Assembly: GCA_964016885.1 (NCBI GenBank)
Contig: OZ024740.1
Coordinates: 324,136,001-324,200,000, forward strand
DNA: 64,000 nucleotides
Direction of reading: 5' to 3'
Source of the DNA: Eledone cirrhosa
Taxonomy: Eukaryota
Numbering within the stretch: the first letter of the stretch is position 1; the number at the start of each line of letters is the position of its first letter. The position numbers and the translations under genes are program-made. This document shows, piece by piece, positions 58,815-64,000 of the stretch. The notes below the pieces were generated by a model. The model did not search any database and had not been told where the DNA came from. It saw nothing but the letters and a program-made list of their open reading frames with translations.

Positions 58815-59110
58815 AGAGAGAGAGAACGTGAAGCGAGCGAGAGAAAAGGAGAGAGAGAACGTGAAGCGAGCGAGAGAAAAGGAGAGAGAGAACGTGAAGC
58901 GAGCGAGAGAAAAGGAGAGAGAGAACGTGAAGCGAGCGAGAGAAAAGGAGAGAGAACGTGAAGAGAGCGAGAGAAAAGGAGAGAGAGAACGTGAAGCGAG
59001 CGAGAGAAAAGGAGAGAAAGAACGTGAAGAGAGGGAGAAAGATAAGAAGAGAGTGAGAAAGATAGGAAGAGAGTGAGAAAGATAGGAAGAGAGTGAGAAA
59101 GATAGAAAGA
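58815..59110. repeat. 33-bp tandem repeat (GAGAGAGAACGTGAAGCGAGCGAGAGAAAAGGA) followed by a 20-bp repeat
   Basis: About seven units of 33 bp, then GATAGGAAGAGAGTGAGAAA x3. Confidence 0.92.
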
Positions 59111-59124
59111 GGGTAAAACATACA

Positions 59125-59285
59125 CGGGAAGAATCGACCCAGTATTAGACTCATTCTTCCGAGGTTGATAAAACAAAGTACGAAAGGCAAAGTTGACCTT
59201 CGCGGGGTTCGAACTCAGCGCAGGGAACTGAAACGAATACCGCAAAACATTCTATCCCATGTTTTAACACCTCCCAATTCGCCGC
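59125..59285 (-). mobile_element. SINE family 1 relative (diverged)
   Basis: gaaaggcaaagttgaccttcgcggggttcgaactcag...ccaattcgccgc. Confidence 0.7.
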
Positions 59286-59582
59286 GTCTAAGATGTATTT
59301 ATAAATTTCATGTAAAACTTATCCAAGTTCTTAAAGGGGTGCCAAGATTACTAAGCCGTTAAATATATTGATTTATACATGAAATTCACTAATAGTCACA
59401 ATGTAGCTCCCGTTTGGAAATGTACCTTTTATCTACTAGAACATTCCATCCAATATGAGCCCTTAACTCATCACGCAGCCGTAAGGGCGCCGTCCTGGGT
59501 ATGCTAAACCTGACAGCGCTTATCCCTTTCTATGTCTACAGCTGATCTCTTCCAGAGAAAAAGTGATAAAGGAAAAATTAGC

Positions 59583-59696
59583 TCCAGTACTGAACATTTT
59601 ATTTGTCGACCCCTAGGTAGGATTTGAACTCAGAACACGGGGAGCTGGAACGAATATAGTAAATCCTTATATCCGACGCTCTAACGACACCACCAA
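59583..59696 (-). mobile_element. SINE family 1 relative, internally deleted
   Basis: gtcgacccc..ggatttgaactcagaac...tccgacgctctaacga. Confidence 0.65.
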
Positions 59697-60827
59697 GTCC
59701 CTAAAATATTGTAACTCTTCGAAAATGACCAAGGATCTAGACAGTGTGTTCTTGTTATAGACTGGTTTTGTTGGTAAATTTCCCTGTCCGAGATATGTTG
59801 ACAACATATCTTAACTCTTAAGATCCTGTACACATGAAACAACAATAGCAAGGCATTCTTGAAAAATATAAAGCAACACTATGGTTAAATAGCATTAAAA
59901 ATTAACTTATTTACTCTCTAGAACTGCAAATTTTCACAATTTATTCGCTAGTAAATATACTATAATTCACAAACAACATTAACAAGACATTGATGAAAAG
60001 CCTAAAACAACTCGGTGAGTACATTACATTAAAAAGTAAAGTCTTTACATTAATATTTCATCTCTATCAACTCGAAGTTGGTCCAAGCAGAGGTTCGAAC
60101 ACACAGTGTCAGAATGTGATGTTTTATTGCGATCCGGATGTTAGATTTTTGGATTTAGAAAGATTTCTGTTTACAATGTAATATATTTCCCTCGTGTCAT
60201 GTGAGCATTTATGGCTTTGATTTCCGGTGTGACAGGAAATCACGAAAGGAAATAGCTGACATAGATTTGTTTTAAACACTAACCATTAATTTATTATATC
60301 TTATCCACACTGGCTGAGGATTTATTTGTATGGGTTGTTTAATCAACTTTTTAGGGACGTTGATGTCTTATTTTAAAACAAAAACTACAAGAGTCTTTAT
60401 TTTGTTAAACTATTTGCAAAGCTGTAGACAGACGACATAGCGCAGTCGTTAGAACGTAGGGAAAATGTCTTGCAGTATTTGTTCCGGCTTTTATTGTCTT
60501 TAAGTCGATAAATTAAAATACCAGTCCAAGGCGGTGGATTGATGGGGATGTTAAAACGTCGGTCGAGATGCTCTGGGTTCATTTGTTCGAGATGCTTTGC
60601 GTTCTGTGATCAAATCCCGTTGCGGTTTACTTCGATGGCATACTGACTAAGCCACCCGGTTTATTACCACCACGACCTGTATTTGGTACTTCGGTACCTT
60701 TAACCGAGACTATTTTTCTGTTTAACTAGTGTTGTTTGACAATCTCTCTCACTCTCTCTCAAGTCGGAGGTGCCGAAAAGGATGACTACCCTTCTCTCTC
60801 ACTGTACACTAAAATAAACCATAATAA

Positions 60828-60937
60828 TAACGGTTTCTGAATTAAGCACCAGGCCAACAATTTTGGGGGAGAGGAAAGTCGATTAAATTGTCCCCGGTGC
60901 GTTACTGGTACTTTATTTTATCAACCTCGTAAGGATG
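60828..60937 (-). mobile_element. SINE family 1 3' half (long variant)
   Basis: gagaggaaagtcgattaaattgtcccc..tactggtactttattttatcaacctcgtaaggatg. Confidence 0.75.
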
Positions 60938-61270
60938 TAAAAATATTGTGTGTTACTACAATAATTTCTCTTTCCAATAACAATGTCATGGGTTCTAGCC
61001 CTATATTTGCATCTGTAAATAGGTAATTCTCCAATGTTACGCATATATTTAATCCTGCATGTCACTTGAACATATTATACTGAACATTTATGTAATCTAA
61101 CTCATCTTTTATTTCTAGGATAAAATTACATAAAAATAATAAAGAATTTAATATTTAGTCAAAGATTAAGAAAAAGAAAGAAGCATTGCAAGAGACCAGA
61201 AATGAGAAGAAAAGGAGGGAAAGGACAAGGATTATTAAGCAACGAAATAAATAATTAAAATATAATTCTG

Positions 61271-61548
61271 CAGTGGATTAGCAAAGCTGTTAAAGCGTCG
61301 GACAAAAGGATTTACGGCATTTGCTGTGGCTCTTTACGTTTCGGGTTCAAATCCCGCCAAGTTCGACTTTGATCACTGACCCGTTATAGTTAAGTCTGTC
61401 CTGGTGTTAAACAACGAAAATATTCATTGATAAATGATACTAATGGTGTTTATTGTGGCTCAAATCCCGCCAAGGACAACTTTGCCTTTGATCACAGATC
61501 CATTATGGTCAAATCTGTCCTGGGGTTAAATAACGAAAATATTCATTG
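61271..61548 (+). mobile_element. SINE head with local ~90-bp tandem duplication
   Basis: gggttcaaatcccgccaag..tttgatcac..tctgtcctgg..aacgaaaatattcattg occurs at ~61345-61430 and ~61460-61548. Confidence 0.65.
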
Positions 61549-62368
61549 GGGATCGAAAATATACAAATGGCTGATCGATAGATCCATCATATTGTGATAT
61601 CGAAAATCTTAATGAGGTACAGACAGTCAGACAAACAGGCATGTAGGTAAACAGTCGGAGACAGACGGACAGATAAATAGACAAGGAGACACACAGATAC
61701 ACAGTCAGAAAAATTAACAAATAGGAATATATATGAGATTGAATATGTGAAGAGAGAGAGAGAGGTGCGGAGGTGGTGGGGGGAGAAGGGGGATAACGGG
61801 AGAGAGAGAGAGGTCAGGAAGAATGGGAAAGAGAGAGAGAGAAGGAGTCGGAAGGATGGGAAAGAGAGAGAGAGGACAGGAAGGATGGGAAAGAGACAGG
61901 GGGAGAAGAGGAGAGAGAAGGTGGAAAGGATAGGGGAAAGAGGGGAGCGGAGAGGATAGTAAAAAGAGGGAGGGCGGAGAGTAGAGAAAGAGAGAGAGTT
62001 GTGAACCAGTGAATGATACTTTATTAGATACAGATGTTGGTATACAGTAAACATTTAATGAGAGGCCACCATTACTATCTCCACCTTCACAATCCCCGAC
62101 CATCACAAACACCACCAACAACAACATCACCATTACCAACAACACCATCACTACCATCAACAACATCACTACCAACAACATTACTACCAACACCATCACT
62201 ACTACCAACACCATCAACAACATCACCACCACAAACAACAGCAACAACAACAACATCACCACCACAAACAACAACAACATAACCACCAGCAGCAACAACA
62301 TCACCACCAACAACAACACCACTACCATCCCCACCACCACGACCACCATCTCTAACATCACAGGGGAG

Positions 62369-62436
<68 letters not shown>

Positions 62437-62877
62437 TATAGTTGAGACAGTAAACAAAAAAAAACAAAAAAACAACGTAAAAGCGAAGAGGCAGTACAAA
62501 TGTTAATATTAGTTTCACGCTTGAGAGTGGGGGGTATTTGTTCTAACCACGGAAATATCAAGTTTCGGTAATATAGGTTAACAGGTACACTGGTTTATCA
62601 AACACATATATGTATCTATCGAATCTCAAGATATCCATGTCTGACGAGGCAGTACTAGGACAGACTATATATTTCGCCGAGGAGATCTAATGAGAACGAA
62701 ACATGTCTGGAGTTATCATCGCATTGCCAATGGCAGGCTTGTTCCACATTTGCAGCATGATGAAACTTTAGCTGTACTTTTCTTTATACAATTACACAGT
62801 AAACAAAGCGACATACACAAATTCGTTCACAAGTTTCAGTCATGCTAGTACACCGCCATAAAGGGAATCAGTGGATC

Positions 62878-62996
62878 ATAATTGTTTCTATTATTGGCAC
62901 AAGGCCAGCAATTACTCAGGACATTACTGGTACTTTATTTTACCGACACCGTAAGGATGAAAAGCAAAGTTAACCTCGATGGGATTTGAACTCAGA
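62878..62996 (-). mobile_element. SINE family 1 3' part
   Basis: Core plus B-box. gtggatcataat duplicated at ~62871 and ~62998 (candidate TSD). Confidence 0.85.
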
Positions 62997-63257
62997 AGTG
63001 GATCATAATGACCTCATTACATACTCAATCAACTTTTTTTATCGACTTTATCAACTTTTTTTATCGACTTTAATTTACAGATTCGAAATAAATAACACAC
63101 ACACACAATATAGGCACCGGTTTACGTGTGTTGTATTGAAGCGAATAACTGTATACTCTGGGAATGTATCATACATTGCCCATGCAGTACGCTGAGATAC
63201 AAGCGGTACTGGCATTGATAAATATGCTGGGTCCGTCAACTCATTATTATTATATAT

Positions 63258-63440
63258 TGGATTGGCACTATCGGTAGAGGGTCGGACGCCATGCTTTGAA
63301 ACATAGAGTTACCTCCCTGTATGATCTGAGTTCAAATCCCGCCGAGGTTAACTTTGCCTTTCATCCTTACGAGGTCGATAAAATAAAGTACCAGTAATGC
63401 ACTGGGTAATTGCTGGCCTTGTGCCAAAAGTAGAAACAAT

Positions 63441-63444
<4 letters not shown>
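63258..63444 (+). mobile_element. SINE family 1, full length
   Basis: Highly similar to 17538-17725. Confidence 0.9.
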
Positions 63445-63488
<44 letters not shown>

Positions 63489-63497
63489 ATACACATC

Positions 63498-63537
63498 CCG
63501 AGCTGAAGATCCGCGAAAGTGAAACAATTGTTCTCGG
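63498..63537 (+). ncRNA. Type I hammerhead motif adjacent to (TA)n
   Basis: CCGAG-CTGAAGA (63503-09)-tccgcgaaagt-GAAA-CAATTG-TT-CTCGG. Perfect 5-bp stem I, palindromic stem III, imperfect stem II. Confidence 0.65.
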
Positions 63538-64000
63538 TATGGTGAACTAACTGTTGTGTAACCACTTCTACCTAACTCGTCTCTTGGACTGAGTGCTCTA
63601 CCACTGCGGATATTACCTTCCAGTGTTCCACCACTATATATAAAATTTAGTACAGCATCAACGAAGCCATGGTTGCAGCCAAGCTAACGAATGCAGTTTC
63701 GGTGTGCAGCTAAGCACTCGATAGGGTATATAACCCTAGAGTTATAACATTACGTTTAGACAGCTTTACAAAATGAAGACAGCGACCGATAGAAGGGCCG
63801 CAGTGACCATAGCCACGAAAAAGACTGAACTCAGGAAATACGTGTGTGTCTGCCTGTGCGTGTGTGCAAAAAGTAAACAAATAAACCAATCGATACAATA
63901 CGATGAAGAAATATAGTAGTCTAACGCTTCAAATAACAGGAACAATCTTAACGTTGTCTAAAGTGAACAACAAAATATAACTACTCCATTTCTAATTAAA

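Noticed and set aside
62635-62715. Possible hammerhead (CTGACGA...GAAACATGTC)
   Set aside because: Stem I is not contiguous with the core and there is no convincing stem II; may be a decayed copy but cannot be supported.

Overview
AT-rich, microsatellite-saturated eukaryotic non-coding DNA. The SINE families and repeat landscape suggest a mollusc, probably an octopod cephalopod (inference). No host exon could be supported; almost all listed ORFs are artefacts of simple repeats. Real coding remnants are retroelement-derived: a 5'-truncated Penelope-like element (RT plus C-terminal GIY-YIG, Hydra-clade-like, ORF 12288-13850, minus strand), a CRE-like restriction-endonuclease tail (~19757-20013), an RTE-type LINE 3' end (~49440-49900) and a possible decayed Penelope endonuclease (~16860-17190). 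The most striking pattern is a set of nine fold-back insertions from about eight sequence-unrelated families, mostly in (TA)n and occasionally next to (CT/GA)n. They share one architecture: [microsatellite]-[inverted arm]-[direct arm]-[unpaired ~20-135 nt tail]-[microsatellite]. Most carry a whole or partial hammerhead ribozyme (CUGANGA...GAAA-palindrome-UH), two with 90-115 nt stem II expansions. One has an exact 117-bp inverted copy of neighbouring genomic DNA between its arms. There are also many tRNA-headed SINEs, a 4.1-kb 16-bp minisatellite, other tandem arrays and a 200-N gap.
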